Below, piece after piece: positions 63,265 to 64,000 of a DNA stretch of 64,000 nucleotides. A program made the translations under genes and the position numbers. The DNA comes from Dictyostelium discoideum (lineage: Eukaryota), in the NCBI GenBank assembly GCA_000004695.1, contig CM000152.2:4384001-4448000 (forward strand). The letters are read 5' to 3'. Numbering within the stretch: position 1 is the stretch's first letter; each line of letters starts with the position of its first letter. Under the pieces are notes generated by a model. The model was not told the origin of the DNA. It did no database searches and was given only the letters and a program-made list of their open reading frames with translations.

Positions 63265-64000
63265 ACCACACTTCTCAAATTATTTAACTTAATAATATAA
63301 ACCACTCCAACCATCATTCAACCACACCCTATTTTTTTTATTTTTTATTTTATCAATTAATTTTTTTTTATATATTTAATTATTATTATTTTTTTTTTTT
63401 TTTTAATAAAATTTTTTTTTTTTTCTTTTTTTATTTAAACCATTTATTTGTTTTTATTTGTTTTATTTCAAAAAAAAAATAAAAAAAAAATAAAAAAAAA
63501 TTAAAAAAAATAAAAATAATTTTGCTTTAATTTTTTTTTTATTTTTTTTTAATTTTAATTTTTTTTAATTTTTTGGTTTTTTTTTATTTTTTTTTTTTTT
63601 TTTTTATTTTTTTTTTTCAAAAACTGTCTTTTCTTTCCCTTCAAACAAAATTTATAATCTAAAAGTTTATTTTTATTTTTCCCAATTATAAAAATAGTAA
63701 TTAATATAAAAATAATAGCTTGTGTGCTTTTAAACAAAATATCATCATCATATCCATAAAATTAATATTTTTTTTTAAAAAAATTTTAATTCATCAACAA
63801 AAAAAAAAAAAAAAATAATAACTAAAAAAAAAAAAAAAAAAAAAAAAATTAAATAAGAATTATTTTCTAAATTATTTTTTATTTTTGTATTATACTCACC
63901 ACAACCACATAAATTTGGTTCGCACTCCTTAAAAAAAAAAAATAAAATAAAATAAAAAAGTAAAATTTAATTTTTTTTTAAAAACTTTTAAAAAAAAAAA

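Overview
This is very AT-rich eukaryotic nuclear DNA (roughly 75-80% A+T). Intergenic stretches are nearly pure A/T homopolymers. Introns are short, with GTAAGT/GTATGT donors and AG acceptors. Coding regions are full of CAA/AAT microsatellites giving poly-Q/poly-N. One tRNA gene carries a downstream external B box and a tRNA-gene-targeted non-LTR retroelement. All of this points to Dictyostelium discoideum or a close dictyostelid. There is no prokaryotic signal and no CRISPR.

What I found:
- About 17 protein-coding genes, most multi-exon. Exon joins were reconstructed by hand from splice consensus and frame continuity; coordinates are approximate to about 1-2 nt.
- Two identical tRNA-Gly(GCC) genes in inverted orientation, each with an ex-B box about 30 bp downstream.
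- One ~5.2 kb degenerate TRE3-type non-LTR retrotransposon immediately downstream of the first tRNA.
- A 100-N assembly gap at 33159-33258 that truncates two convergent genes.
- Two candidate box C/D snoRNAs.
- A ~54-bp-arm near-perfect hairpin flanked by direct repeats.
- Several gene-fragment duplications: a tgr-like 3' fragment and scrambled FAD-oxidase fragments.

Notable genes: a tgr-family IPT/TIG transmembrane protein (allorecognition family); a second LRR+IPT/TIG GPI-type surface protein; a P4-ATPase flippase; a DPP8/9-like S9B peptidase; NAC-alpha; an NTF2-like protein; an RCC1-repeat protein; a BBE-like FAD oxidase; an Alba-domain protein with an RGG/GFRG tail; a rhomboid-like protease; a SAM+BTB protein; a giant HEAT-repeat protein; and TPR proteins.

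Product names are inferred from motifs I recognise by eye, not from database searches.
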